NCBI GenBank assembly: GCA_016934775.1
Contig: JAFGSP010000167.1
Location: forward strand, 1-39,505
Source: Candidatus Woesearchaeota archaeon
Lineage (GTDB): Archaea; Nanobdellota; Nanobdellia; Woesearchaeales; GW2011-AR15
Reading direction: 5' to 3'
DNA length: 39,505 bases
Made by a program: the position numbers and the translations under genes. Positions 9,925-19,057 of this stretch are shown here, piece after piece (the first letter of the stretch is position 1; the number at the start of each line of letters is the position of its first letter). Under the pieces are notes generated by a model. The model did no database searches, was not told the origin of the DNA, and was given only the letters and a program-made list of their open reading frames with translations.

Positions 9925-10106
9925 TTTTTGTTAAGTTCAGTCAATAACCTCGCAATATTTTTTTTTATCTGCCTGACCTGGCCAGGACTTTTTAAGGTAG
10001 TCCCAGTAGCCACCTGGGTATTAAGCTTTATCAGCTCTTTCCTCAGCTCATAGAGTTGGGATTCCAGGTCCTGCCTTGATTTTGATTTAATATCTTTTGA
10101 TTTCAT
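9921..10106 (-). CDS. rpl29: 50S ribosomal protein uL29
   Basis: 61-aa helical ORF ([22 protein letters not shown] ... [14 protein letters not shown]) located after uS3. Confidence 0.9.
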   Translation of the reverse strand: MKSKDIKSKSRQDLESQLYELRKELIKLNTQVATGTTLKSPGQVRQIKKNIARLLTELNKK

Positions 10107-10108
10107 TT

Positions 10109-10834
10109 TTATTCTTCAGCCTTCTTGGCTTTTGTGGTCTTTTTGCTTGATGTCTCTTCTGTGGTTGTGTTTTCCGCAATCTCTGCTTCTATCTCTTTGC
10201 TCTCTTCTTCATTGACCATCTCTTCGGTGGCTTCTTCAAAATCCGCCAGCTGTATATCGTCCGGCAGCCTGACATCCGGAGGCATTATACTTACTTTTAT
10301 ACCGACAATCCCTGATTTCAGGTTAGCGATCTCGTATGCTATATCAACAATTGTTGTCGCTGCGTTTCCGCACTTCTTGATATAGCCCTGGTAGAACCTC
10401 CAGGTTCTTGCTCTTGCGCTTGGTATCTTTCCTGATATCAATATTTCTATTCCTTTTGCTCCTGAATTCAATACATCTGCCATTGCTTTATGGCCTATAG
10501 CCTTAAATCTCATTGTGCCGTATTTTTCCATAGCTACGGCAATCCTTTCTGCGACAGCTGATGCAACAAGATTGACGTTCTCAAGTTCACTTATCTCTAT
10601 CTGAGGGTTTTCAAGCCCGAATTTCTTCTTAAGCTCTTTTGTAAGTTTCTTTATATTAGTGCCGCCGCCTCCGATTATCAGGCCGGGCCTTGATGCATGT
10701 ATAACTATCTTCTCACCTAAAGGAGTCCTCTGGATCTTGGAGTGGCTCAGGCCGACGCCTCTCAAATTCGCTCTTATGAATTCCTGAATCTGGAACTCTT
10801 TCTTTTTTCTTGAAACAAAATCACGTTCAATCAT
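10109..10834 (-). CDS. rps3: 30S ribosomal protein uS3
   Basis: KH domain with GLIIGGGGTNIKKLTKELKKKF. Has an acidic/Thr-rich C-terminal tail. Confidence 0.93.
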   Translation of the reverse strand: MIERDFVSRKKKEFQIQEFIRANLRGVGLSHSKIQRTPLGEKIVIHASRPGLIIGGGGTNIKKLTKELKKKFGLENPQIEISELENVNLVASAVAERIAVAMEKYGTMRFKAIGHKAMADVLNSGAKGIEILISGKIPSARARTWRFYQGYIKKCGNAATTIVDIAYEIANLKSGIVGIKVSIMPPDVRLPDDIQLADFEEATEEMVNEEESKEIEAEIAENTTTEETSSKKTTKAKKAEE

Positions 10835-11328
10835 TTTTTACTCTCCTTCTGGGATTCTTCTTTTTTGGCGGCATTTGTGTCTTTTGGTTCTTTTTGCTTC
10901 CTTTCCTGCAGCACTAACTGCACATGTGTCCTCTTCATCTTCCTTCTCCTCTGCCTTCCAAAATGCCATGGAGAGGATGCTTTATGTGCAGAGATATGCA
11001 TAACCACAAGGTCTTTTGTGCTAAGGCCTTTGTTCTGTGCATTTGATTCTGCGCTCTTCAAAAGATTCAATATCTCGGTAGCCACATTAACAGGGTATTT
11101 ACCCGGGCCGATTCCTCTTTTGTGGGCTGTGTCCCTGTTGAACCTGCCAATCCTGATAGGTTCTTTTTTTTCAATAACGTTCTCAAGCAGCCTTTTCGCT
11201 CTTCCTATAGGTTTCCCCCTGAGAGCATTGCATACCTCAACTGAATATTTTGTGGATATGCTCAAGTCTCTGCCATAGACCTTTGCCATGGTATCGTCCA
11301 TCTGCTTGATTATGTAACTGTCTGCCAT
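10831..11328 (-). CDS. rpl22: 50S ribosomal protein uL22
   Basis: GRDLSISTKYSVEVCNALRGKPIGRAKRLLENV ... THVQLVL. K/E tail. Confidence 0.92.
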   Translation of the reverse strand: MADSYIIKQMDDTMAKVYGRDLSISTKYSVEVCNALRGKPIGRAKRLLENVIEKKEPIRIGRFNRDTAHKRGIGPGKYPVNVATEILNLLKSAESNAQNKGLSTKDLVVMHISAHKASSPWHFGRQRRRKMKRTHVQLVLQERKQKEPKDTNAAKKEESQKESKK

Positions 11329-11335
11329 TTTTCCT

Positions 11336-11719
11336 TTATCTCACTGATATTGCTGAACTGCTCCTTGTAGCTCCTACACCAGGGGCGTTGTGGCCAACTC
11401 TTCTTCGTGTCAATGAAAACTCTCCCAGGAAATGTCCAAGCATCTCTTCTGTGACAGTCAGCGGCACATATTCCTTTCCGTTGTATATCTTTATTGTGTG
11501 GCCTACCATCATAGGCAGGATTACCATATCCCTTGCATGGGTCTTTATATCCCTGTCATTCAACTCGATTTTTTCAATGAGCTTTTTCTGCTCATCTGTC
11601 ATTCCTCTCATCAATGACCTTCTAGCCCTGCTTGAAATGAATCTTGAAAACTCTTTGACAGACATCTTCTTCAGTTCTTCAATGCTTTTTCCCTTGTAAT
11701 TGAATTCTTTTTTTGCCAT
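11336..11719 (-). CDS. rps19: 30S ribosomal protein uS19
   Basis: ARRSLMRG ... [36 protein letters not shown]. Confidence 0.93.
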   Translation of the reverse strand: MAKKEFNYKGKSIEELKKMSVKEFSRFISSRARRSLMRGMTDEQKKLIEKIELNDRDIKTHARDMVILPMMVGHTIKIYNGKEYVPLTVTEEMLGHFLGEFSLTRRRVGHNAPGVGATRSSSAISVR

Positions 11720-11730
11720 TTTTATCCTGT

Positions 11731-12435
11731 CTATCTCTTTTTACCCGTACGCCTCGGCCTCAATTTACCAACTTTTCTTCCTGGAGGCGCATTCCTTGGA
11801 GCGATTGTCGGATGACCTTTCTTGCTTGAACGTGAAGTTCCGTGCGGATGGTCGACTGCGTTCATAGATATTCCGCACACTCTCGGATAAAGCTTGTTCC
11901 TTGATTTCATATAGTGATATTTATTGCCTGCTTTCAGGAAGGGTTTCTCTTTCCTGCCAGATCCTGCTATGATGCCTATAGTAGCTCTGCACTGCGGATT
12001 AAATGTCTTTTGCTTTTTTGACGGAAGCATAACTGTAATCTCATTGTCTTTCTTAGCTATTACTTTTGCAAAACAGCCGCCGCTCCTGACAAACTTCCCG
12101 CCGTCTCCTGGCTTTGATTCGATATTGAATATAGAAGTCCCTACAGGAACATCTTTCAGGCAAAGGATGTTGCCATGAACTACTTGCGCGCCCTCTCCGC
12201 CCTGGATGACATCGCCAACTCGTTTACCTTCTGGTGCGATTATATAAGACTCTTCTCCGTTGTCATAAGACATTTTTGCAAGAGGACTTGAATGGCCCCT
12301 GCATTTCACAAAGTCAATTATCTTCCCTTCTTTCACTGTGCCAGGATATGAGACTTTCGCCTTATACTTAAAACTAGGCGCCCTGTACGTAGGGCCTCCT
12401 TTTCCTCTTGCCTGCTGTATAAGATTCTTTCCCAT
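11731..12435 (-). CDS. rpl2: 50S ribosomal protein uL2
   Basis: [10 protein letters not shown] ... [36 protein letters not shown] (conserved His-containing C-terminal motif). Confidence 0.95.
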   Translation of the reverse strand: MGKNLIQQARGKGGPTYRAPSFKYKAKVSYPGTVKEGKIIDFVKCRGHSSPLAKMSYDNGEESYIIAPEGKRVGDVIQGGEGAQVVHGNILCLKDVPVGTSIFNIESKPGDGGKFVRSGGCFAKVIAKKDNEITVMLPSKKQKTFNPQCRATIGIIAGSGRKEKPFLKAGNKYHYMKSRNKLYPRVCGISMNAVDHPHGTSRSSKKGHPTIAPRNAPPGRKVGKLRPRRTGKKR

Positions 12436-12445
12436 TTTCCTTTCC

Positions 12446-12700
12446 TTACATCAATCCTAGCTGTGTCGCCAGGTCAATTGCCGGCGTCTCATCTGAAAAC
12501 TTGACATATGCCTTTTTCCTGTTCTTTATATCAATAGATGTATTGACTTTCTTGACTTTCATATTGTATAATTTCTCGATAGCCTCTTTTATCTGGGCTT
12601 TTGTAGCTTTTTTATCTACTACAAACACCAACAAGTTATCTGATTCCATCTGCCTGATGGCCTTTTCTGTTGACAACGGATATTTTATTATCGATATCAT
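12446..12700 (-). CDS. rpl23: 50S ribosomal protein uL23
   Basis: IKYPLSTEKAIRQMESDNLLVFVVDKKATKAQIKEAIEKLYNMKVKKVNT. Confidence 0.93.
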   Translation of the reverse strand: MISIIKYPLSTEKAIRQMESDNLLVFVVDKKATKAQIKEAIEKLYNMKVKKVNTSIDIKNRKKAYVKFSDETPAIDLATQLGLM

Positions 12701-13575
12701 TTTTTAATCTCTTTTTTCTTCTCTTCTGGCTTTTTCTTTGCTGTTTTTTCTTTTTTTTCTTGAGCATAATCTTCTGTAAATAATTTCTGCTTATCAAGCA
12801 TCTCAATTGCTCCTTTTGTATATAGTGTAAGTCTGCCGTAATCGCTGCCAGGTGCAAGAAGCTCTGCATTAAGTGCTGTTACTTCTACAACATCAACACC
12901 AGGTATATTAACGCCTGCTTTCAGGAGATTGCATTTCTTTGCTACAACAAACAAAGGACCTATCCTTTTTTTGAATTTCCTCCCCCTTGAAGCAGCGTTG
13001 CCTGTCTTCTCTGTCTTTTTTGATGCTCTCTCAAGCTCTTTATCAAGCCCTAGCTTATTCAGGAAGCCATAGACATCTTTGGTCTTAAACATATCTTCAA
13101 CATTATCTTCCAATACTATAGGGTATTCCTTGATAACATGGCCCCTTTTTTCGACAAGTGCTTTGACAACTGAAGCTGCCATGGCAGACCTTATCGCTTT
13201 CCTGTTCTCTTTCTTATTTATCTTCTTCTCAAAAACTTTTTCTGCCTTTGGTGGATGGGCCTGCCTTCCGCCGACTGTGTTTGGGGCAGTGGCTGCCTGC
13301 CAGTTGAACCTTGTTCCCCTGTAGCTCATGATTTTCCTAGGGACACGTGAAATCCCTATACCATAAGCGCCTTTGTAATCTCTTCTTCTTCTTGATAGTT
13401 TTGATGAATATTTTTTCCCTGCTTCAGGATCTGTACCATAAGGCTGCTTTCTTCTGCTCTGAATAGCCTGGACTGCTCTTTTTATCAAATCAGGCCTCAC
13501 CGGCTCGCTGAACTGCGCCGGAAGAGCTACTTCTCCCTTTGTTTCGCCTGCCATTGATTTCAATATCGCTTTCAT
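12697..13575 (-). CDS. rpl4: 50S ribosomal protein uL4
   Basis: PDLIKRAVQAIQSRRKQPYG ... RGTRFNWQAATAPNTVGGRQAHPPKAEK. K/E-rich C-terminal extension. Confidence 0.93.
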   Translation of the reverse strand: MKAILKSMAGETKGEVALPAQFSEPVRPDLIKRAVQAIQSRRKQPYGTDPEAGKKYSSKLSRRRRDYKGAYGIGISRVPRKIMSYRGTRFNWQAATAPNTVGGRQAHPPKAEKVFEKKINKKENRKAIRSAMAASVVKALVEKRGHVIKEYPIVLEDNVEDMFKTKDVYGFLNKLGLDKELERASKKTEKTGNAASRGRKFKKRIGPLFVVAKKCNLLKAGVNIPGVDVVEVTALNAELLAPGSDYGRLTLYTKGAIEMLDKQKLFTEDYAQEKKEKTAKKKPEEKKKEIKK

Positions 13576-13576
13576 C

Positions 13577-14560
13577 TTAGTTTCCTTGCTTTGATTCCTT
13601 GCTTATCTTCAGCAGTGTCGGTAGCTCGCTGGTTTTTTTCAGCCTTAGTGGCTTCTGCATAATCACCATTCTTTTTCTTGCCCCTGGCAAAGACCCCCTA
13701 ATCAGCAATGCTGGATTTTTGACTGAGCCATATTTCAAAAAACCTCCTTCAGGAGTAATCTCTTTCGGGTCTTCAACTATCTTTATTATTTGTTTATTAT
13801 ATTCAGTCCTCTGGTGGAACCCCATCTTTCCAGCATGGGCTACTCTCCACATTATGTGGCCTTGGCCGCACCATGGCCCTAAAGATCCCGGGTTTCTGAT
13901 TGCTTTCTCAGATTTAGCCTGTCTGATTGAAATACCAAACCTCTTCACAGGTCCCTGAAATCCTTTTCCTTTTGTTACTGCTTTTATATCTAGAAAATCT
14001 CCTTCGTTGAACACTGAGCTGAGGAAAATTTCCTTGCCCCTGTTATCTTTTACATAATTAATCTTGTCTGAAACTGTGCCTGCAAGACCGATCTCAAACA
14101 GCTCTGGCTTCTTTTTTCCAACCTGAGTCAGCTTTGGCTGAGTATAAACAAGGACTCTGATATCTTCATATTCTTCAGGGTTCAGATTGTCAAGTTCTTT
14201 TCCAGCTTCTTTTTTAGGGAGGCTTGTTTTTTTTGATAGCTCCTTATCATTGCTCAGGACAATCTCTTTGCTCACAACAATGCCTGTGCCTGATTTCTTA
14301 TACAGTCTTGCTGAATACATCTTCATAGGCGGGCATTCTACAATCGATACAGGTATAGAAACCTCTTCTCCTTTCCTATGCGAGCCTTTCCTTGTCTCAA
14401 TAGCCTGGATATGGGTCATACCGACTTTGTACCCTGCAAATCCAGTCATGCCTGTACCGTCTGATTCCGGAAAAGTCCTTGTCCTAGCATAAGCTCTCTT
14501 TGCCCTTTTCCTGGGCCAGAACTGCATGCTTCCTGATCTTGGTTGTCTTGTATTCGGCAT
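13577..14560 (-). CDS. rpl3: 50S ribosomal protein uL3
   Basis: PRSGSMQFWPRKRAKR ... GYKVGMTHI ... VTKGKGFQGPVKRFG ... WRVAHAGKMGFHQRTE. First gene of the cluster. Confidence 0.95.
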   Translation of the reverse strand: MPNTRQPRSGSMQFWPRKRAKRAYARTRTFPESDGTGMTGFAGYKVGMTHIQAIETRKGSHRKGEEVSIPVSIVECPPMKMYSARLYKKSGTGIVVSKEIVLSNDKELSKKTSLPKKEAGKELDNLNPEEYEDIRVLVYTQPKLTQVGKKKPELFEIGLAGTVSDKINYVKDNRGKEIFLSSVFNEGDFLDIKAVTKGKGFQGPVKRFGISIRQAKSEKAIRNPGSLGPWCGQGHIMWRVAHAGKMGFHQRTEYNKQIIKIVEDPKEITPEGGFLKYGSVKNPALLIRGSLPGARKRMVIMQKPLRLKKTSELPTLLKISKESKQGN

Positions 14561-14788
14561 TTTAGATAATACCTAATCCGTTGATAGCGACCTATTCTTG
14601 GCATCTCCCCAGAATCATTGGAAAGATACCTTTTCAGGTCGGATAAACATAATTGGTATGTTTAGTACTGAGTTGGAAATATAGGTGATTTATAAATGTT
14701 GCGGGGAGATATATTTGATCTAGTCTTCCAATCTATGAAAAAAAACATTTCAAAAATTTTATATACTTGTGCCCCAGAGATTCAGGTT

Positions 14789-15640
14789 ATGGTCCTAGAA
14801 TCACTTATTAATCCTCTTAGGGCAGAAGCCCATCCGAGGATATTGTTTGTGCATGGCTTCCTGTATGCAAGCTTAGGGCTTTTTCTTGGCTACTGGATAT
14901 TCAGCGTGCATGCTTCGCTGATAATGGTCTTTCTTACGACAATGGCCGCCATCCCTCTCGTATATAATATAATCAAAACTGAAGAGAAAAAAGAGTTAAG
15001 TGATCTCGACGAAACTAATCTGCTTAGAGAACATGCAAAAGCATTGTCTGTATTCATGTATTATTTCATAGGCGCCACCCTTGGTTTTGCGTTCTGGTAT
15101 GTGGTACTGCCCTCTAGCATGATTGGCGGCCTGTTCGAGGTCCAGACACAGACTATCACTGATATAAGGTCAAACATAACCGGAAACTCATACCAATCTT
15201 TCAAGGTTTTCACAGAAATATTGTCAAACAACCTCAAAGTATTGATATTCTGCGTGCTGTTCTCATTCATCTACGGACTAGGAGCGATATTCATCCTGAC
15301 GTGGAACGCTTCTGTGATAGGTGTAGCCATAGGGAATTTCATAAGGACTGAATTGCAGATGATCTCTGGCGGACTGAATCTCCAGTCTGCTGCTGGCTAT
15401 TTTCAGGTCATCTCGATAGGGTTGTTCAGATATGTCATCCACGGAATCCCTGAAATACTTTCTTATTTTTTTGCAGGGCTTGCCGGAGGGATAATATCTA
15501 TAGCTGTGATAAGGCATGATTTCGGCACAAAAAAATATGAGAAAATAATACTTGACTCTTCGATATTGCTGCTGCTCAGCCTCTTTTTTGTACTTGTGGC
15601 TGCTGTGCTTGAGGTTTATGTGACACCTATATTCTTCTGA
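14789..15640 (+). CDS. SpoIIM-like (DUF95) integral membrane protein
   Basis: About 6 TM segments with the family-like core FILTWNASVIGVAIG and HGIPEILSYFFAGLAGG. The ORF-track start is 14696. I prefer ATG 14789 (MVLESLINPL...) because a TATA-like AAAATTTTATATAC (14753-14766) sits about 28 nt upstream. Starts at 14696 and 14735 are not excluded. Confidence 0.75.
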   Translation: MVLESLINPLRAEAHPRILFVHGFLYASLGLFLGYWIFSVHASLIMVFLTTMAAIPLVYNIIKTEEKKELSDLDETNLLREHAKALSVFMYYFIGATLGFAFWYVVLPSSMIGGLFEVQTQTITDIRSNITGNSYQSFKVFTEILSNNLKVLIFCVLFSFIYGLGAIFILTWNASVIGVAIGNFIRTELQMISGGLNLQSAAGYFQVISIGLFRYVIHGIPEILSYFFAGLAGGIISIAVIRHDFGTKKYEKIILDSSILLLLSLFFVLVAAVLEVYVTPIFF

Positions 15641-15682
15641 TCTGTAGAGCTCCCACGAGAATATGTTGCTTGACACCGGTTC

Positions 15683-15741
15683 AGATTTTTCTCCATCCAA
15701 ATTCCCCTAATTGAAGAGGTAATTTGTGGAGAAAAATCTGT
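15683..15741. terminator. Perfect 13-bp inverted repeat between convergent genes (candidate bidirectional terminator)
   Basis: CAGATTTTTCTCC (15683-15695) pairs with GGAGAAAAATCTG (15729-15741) around a 33-nt loop. Each strand's transcript carries a U5 run inside the stem arm. It lies between the SpoIIM-like stop (15640) and the RPA-like stop (15785). Confidence 0.45.
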
Positions 15742-15784
15742 TTCATAAACTAGAAAACGACTCTGATTCGTGAAATTTTTCTCT

Positions 15785-16435
15785 TTATTCCAAAAGCTTT
15801 ACTCTTCCAGGAGAAAGCTCAAATATCTCGCCTTCTTCTATGAGGTCCCTGACTATCTTGTCCCCGTTAGCTATCTTAATATGATTTATTATGTCCTGAA
15901 TATCCACTCCATCACCTTTATCAAGTACAGCAATCGCATTGAGAATCTTCTGATATGGTCCTGTCTGGACCTCTTGCTCGTCTTCGGTCTCAACAGGCAG
16001 TTTCACAGAATCCTTTTTCTGGAGCTTTATCTCAAGCTGATGAACTTTATGCCATTTGGCATCCTGGAGTTTCCTGACAATCTCCGGCACTATATATTTA
16101 GATTCGTTCCATTCTCTAGGCCTGCCGATGACGCAGACCATGTCTCCAAGAGAAAGGCTGCTGAATCTCTCATCATCTTCAAAATATCTAACTGAAATGT
16201 TCCCTGTACCATCGTCTACTAAAAAGTTCTTCTCTTCATCAGACCTCGATACCACTGTACCTATTAGATAGACTCTCGCGATCTCTCCGTATTTTGTGAT
16301 GATGCCGCTGGGCTCCCAGCCCGGCCTCTTGATATAAGTGGCACTAAGCACATCACTGACAAACAGCCTTTTTGCAGTCTTCCTTTTATTGTCAAATCTT
16401 TGAGATGAATCCCTTTCTTGGTTCATATATGTCAC
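15785..16435 (-). CDS. OB-fold plus C-terminal winged-helix protein (RPA32/Stn1-like ssDNA-binding subunit)
   Basis: OB-like core ARVYLIGTVVSRSDEEKNFLVDDGTGNISVRYFEDD ... GDMVCVIGRPREWNESKYIVPE. wH-like C-terminus GVDIQDIINHI ... KIVRDLIEEGEIFELSPGRVKLL. Overlaps the MCM 3' end by 44 nt (35 nt if ATG 16426 is used). Confidence 0.6.
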   Translation of the reverse strand: MTYMNQERDSSQRFDNKRKTAKRLFVSDVLSATYIKRPGWEPSGIITKYGEIARVYLIGTVVSRSDEEKNFLVDDGTGNISVRYFEDDERFSSLSLGDMVCVIGRPREWNESKYIVPEIVRKLQDAKWHKVHQLEIKLQKKDSVKLPVETEDEQEVQTGPYQKILNAIAVLDKGDGVDIQDIINHIKIANGDKIVRDLIEEGEIFELSPGRVKLLE

Positions 16436-18413
16436 CTGATCTCTTCAGTTTTTCTATGATTTCAAGGACTTTGTCCTCTGAAATCCCTTTTGACGATGCT
16501 TCTATAAGGACATCTTCAATTGATATTGTCTTGCCGACTTTAGTCTCAATCTCGTTGAGGATCTCTCTTATGACCACGATATTGCTCCTCTCTGATGCTG
16601 TAACACCTGATGTCAGCCTGTCAATATCAAACTTGCCTGTCTCTGGGTCAAGCCCTATTTGAGTAAGACAGTAATGGACAAGGTCTATCGCTCTTCTAGC
16701 ATCTTTTCTTGAAACCTTGTCTGCAAGCCTTACTTTTGCAGATGCCTCTGCCAATCTCACTAAAGCCTCAAGCTGCCTGGCTGAAATAGGGATAGCCTTA
16801 ACTACACCATCTTCACTCGATCCTGAAGTCCTCATTTTTACATAATAGTCCTTGATCTCCTCAATAGCAGCATCTGTCAGCGCAGGAGAGATGTTCTGTC
16901 TGGCATATGCAATATATTTCTTCAGCATATCTGTCTCAATATCCGTGACAATCTCTGTCTTTTCTTTATGCAGCCCGAGTATGAACTTTGCCATCTTTTC
17001 ATCATTGGTCTCATCTGGCATATCTTTTATAGGGAATATAAGGTCAAACCTGTTTATCAATGTGCTCGGCAGCTCAATCTGCCTGGCGATTAATTCATAA
17101 GGGTCAAACCGTCCAAACTTAGGGTTAGCAGCAGCAAGAACTGTTGTCTCAGCCCTTAGTGTTGCCTGGATGTTCGCTTTAGAGATCGTAACTGTCTGCT
17201 GCTCAAGCGCCTCGTGCATCGCGCTCCTGTCCTCTTTGCTCATCTTGTCCAGCTCATCTATCGCGCATAATCCCCTGTTCGCCAGGACAAGAGCGCCTGC
17301 TTCAAGCGCATAGCCCCTTATAAATTCATCTTTAACTACGCTTGCTGTAAGGCCTGCCCCTGATGCTCCTTTTCCGCTGACATAGCGTGCTTTAGGCACT
17401 ACCCGGGATATCCTTTTCAACAATTGTGATTTTCCTGCTCCGGGATCTCCTATCAGCAGTATATGTATATCTCCTCTTGTCGGGCTGCCCTTTTTCCTTT
17501 TCTTACGGACGCCTCCCATTGCCTGAAGAATCAGTGCTTCTTTTATCTTATCATGACCAAAAATTGTTGGCGCGACAGAAGATATGATTTTCTCATAAAC
17601 TTTGGGATCCTGGGCCAGTTCCCTGATCTCCTGCTCTTCCTCAGGAGATATCTTTATCTCAAGATAATCCTCTTCCACAGGCTCTACATAATTGGCATCA
17701 ATCATCAGGTCATATCTTGTAAGCTTGCCGCCTTCTTTAGCAGGGATTGGAACTTCTTTAAGTATGCCGTGGATTATTACTTTGCTGCCGGGATTCGTCT
17801 TTTTTTCCGAGATCGGAGAAACAAGATCTGATTTAAGGAATATGTCCAGCCTCTTCGGCTGCTCTCCGCCTTCAAGATCTTCAGGAGCTTCTTCCAAGAC
17901 TATTTTCTGGGCATCTACAAGCTCTTTGCTAAGCAGCCTGAATTTCCCTTTTCTGCCGCACCCGCACCTGCTGGGCTCTTTGAATTTCGTGTCCAGTTGA
18001 AGTATTGTGATGACATTGCCGCAGCTGGGGCACTCGAATCTCGCAGTCGTAACCTGGGGCCTGACATCTGATTTCTGCCTGACAAGACCTTTGAGAAAGA
18101 GAAATTTGTTGATATGCTTGCTCCTGATATCCTTGATCATGACTTCCATTGACTCTGGAAGATTTGCTATCCTGAGTTTGAAATTTTTAAGATCAGCTTC
18201 TGTCTCGAACTGCTCGAGCGCAATCTCTCCAGCCTTTAACACTTCCTCAGGGTTCTCAAGAAGCTCATCCGCAAGACCCGGGCTGAAGGCTGAGAGTGTC
18301 TTGAAATCAGTCACTATATGCTTTTCTCCTTCCCTCGCTCTTTCAGCTATCTCTGCCTGGTAATTCTTCTCCAGATATTCCTGAAACTTCTTTATTATCT
18401 CCGTAGGCTCCAT
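16392..18413 (-). CDS. mcm: Replicative helicase MCM
   Basis: N-terminal Zn motif CPSCGN...CGCGRKGKF. Walker A DIHILLIGDPGAGKSQLL, Walker B GLCAIDELDKM, SRFDLIF-type arginine-finger region (INRFDLIF). C-terminal wH. No intein. Confidence 0.95.
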   Translation of the reverse strand: MEPTEIIKKFQEYLEKNYQAEIAERAREGEKHIVTDFKTLSAFSPGLADELLENPEEVLKAGEIALEQFETEADLKNFKLRIANLPESMEVMIKDIRSKHINKFLFLKGLVRQKSDVRPQVTTARFECPSCGNVITILQLDTKFKEPSRCGCGRKGKFRLLSKELVDAQKIVLEEAPEDLEGGEQPKRLDIFLKSDLVSPISEKKTNPGSKVIIHGILKEVPIPAKEGGKLTRYDLMIDANYVEPVEEDYLEIKISPEEEQEIRELAQDPKVYEKIISSVAPTIFGHDKIKEALILQAMGGVRKKRKKGSPTRGDIHILLIGDPGAGKSQLLKRISRVVPKARYVSGKGASGAGLTASVVKDEFIRGYALEAGALVLANRGLCAIDELDKMSKEDRSAMHEALEQQTVTISKANIQATLRAETTVLAAANPKFGRFDPYELIARQIELPSTLINRFDLIFPIKDMPDETNDEKMAKFILGLHKEKTEIVTDIETDMLKKYIAYARQNISPALTDAAIEEIKDYYVKMRTSGSSEDGVVKAIPISARQLEALVRLAEASAKVRLADKVSRKDARRAIDLVHYCLTQIGLDPETGKFDIDRLTSGVTASERSNIVVIREILNEIETKVGKTISIEDVLIEASSKGISEDKVLEIIEKLKRSGDIYEPRKGFISKI

Positions 18414-18442
18414 TTTAAGAAAATTGAAAATAAATTATTGAT

Positions 18443-18997
18443 TTACTGATTTACTTTCTTAAGATTAACTATCAACATATCTAATGCATCATGCACTTCC
18501 TTCTCGCTCTTTGTGCCTGTGCACACAATCTTGCCGTTGCTGAAAAGCAGGAATGTCGCTTTTGCCTCATCAAGCTTGTATACGAGCCCCGGAAACTGCT
18601 CTGGCTCATATTCTGTGTTCTCAAGCTTCATGGCAAGCACATTGAGATTTAGGTCCATGCCTACGCTACCACTAGCCACTATGTTCTGTATGCTTATCTT
18701 GGGCTTGATCGTTATCTCGATGCCGATCTTCTTCAGGCTTTTGATGATCTTTTCTATGGATTCTTCGACTTTCTCCATGCTTCTCGCTCCTGTGCATACG
18801 ACTTTGCCTGAACTGAATATCAACGCTGATGTCTTCGGATCCCTTATCCGTATCACAAGTCCTGGAAACTGCTCTGGGTTATACTCTGTATTGCTTAAAG
18901 TGGCTGCCATCTTCTCTAGCGGAATGTCGTGCTCTAAGCTTGTAGAAACAACTATGTTCACTACCTGGATATTCTTATCTTTTGTATTTTCTGTCAT
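18443..18997 (-). CDS. tbp: TATA-box binding protein
   Basis: 184 aa with two direct repeats (IVNIVVSTSL...EQFPGLVIRI...LIFSSGKVVCTGA and IQNIVASGSV...EQFPGLVYKL...LLFSNGKIVCTGT). GGGGGTG lies about 8-14 nt upstream of the ATG. Confidence 0.95.
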   Translation of the reverse strand: MTENTKDKNIQVVNIVVSTSLEHDIPLEKMAATLSNTEYNPEQFPGLVIRIRDPKTSALIFSSGKVVCTGARSMEKVEESIEKIIKSLKKIGIEITIKPKISIQNIVASGSVGMDLNLNVLAMKLENTEYEPEQFPGLVYKLDEAKATFLLFSNGKIVCTGTKSEKEVHDALDMLIVNLKKVNQ

Positions 18998-19024
18998 TAC
19001 TTTACACCCCCGTTTTTAAATGAC

Positions 19025-19057
19025 TATTTATAAAGAAACAGGGTTTTATTTATAAAG
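19025..19057. promoter_or_regulatory. Reiterated consensus TATA elements in the TBP/orphan-ORF divergent region
   Basis: The 11-mer TATTTATAAAG occurs at 19025-19035 and 19047-19057 (22-bp spacing). GTTTTTAAAT occurs at 19012-19021 and 19058-19067. TTTATAAA is palindromic. The proximal copy is about 30 nt from the TBP ATG (18997). Confidence 0.45.

Noticed and set aside
12636-12869. 77-aa minus-strand ORF rich in K/R (…KKKKKKQQRKSQKRRKKRLK…), and the similar 4175-4438 ORF.
   Set aside because: These are alternative frames of the A-rich K/E tails of uL4/uL23 and uS5/uL18. They fully overlap the real genes.
2192-14492. Numerous plus-strand ORFs (60-184 aa) listed by the track across the ribosomal-protein cluster, for example 5166-5666, 6758-7222, 9284-9838 and 10865-11278.
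   Set aside because: All lie antisense to strongly supported ribosomal protein genes. Their translations are S/F/L/C-rich low-complexity strings with no motifs. They are the expected mirror-frame artefacts of K/E/R-rich genes.
15278-16195. ORFs 15278-15700 (-) and 15770-16195 (+).
   Set aside because: They are antisense to the SpoIIM-like and RPA32-like genes respectively. The first also runs through the terminator hairpin. Neither has supporting motifs.
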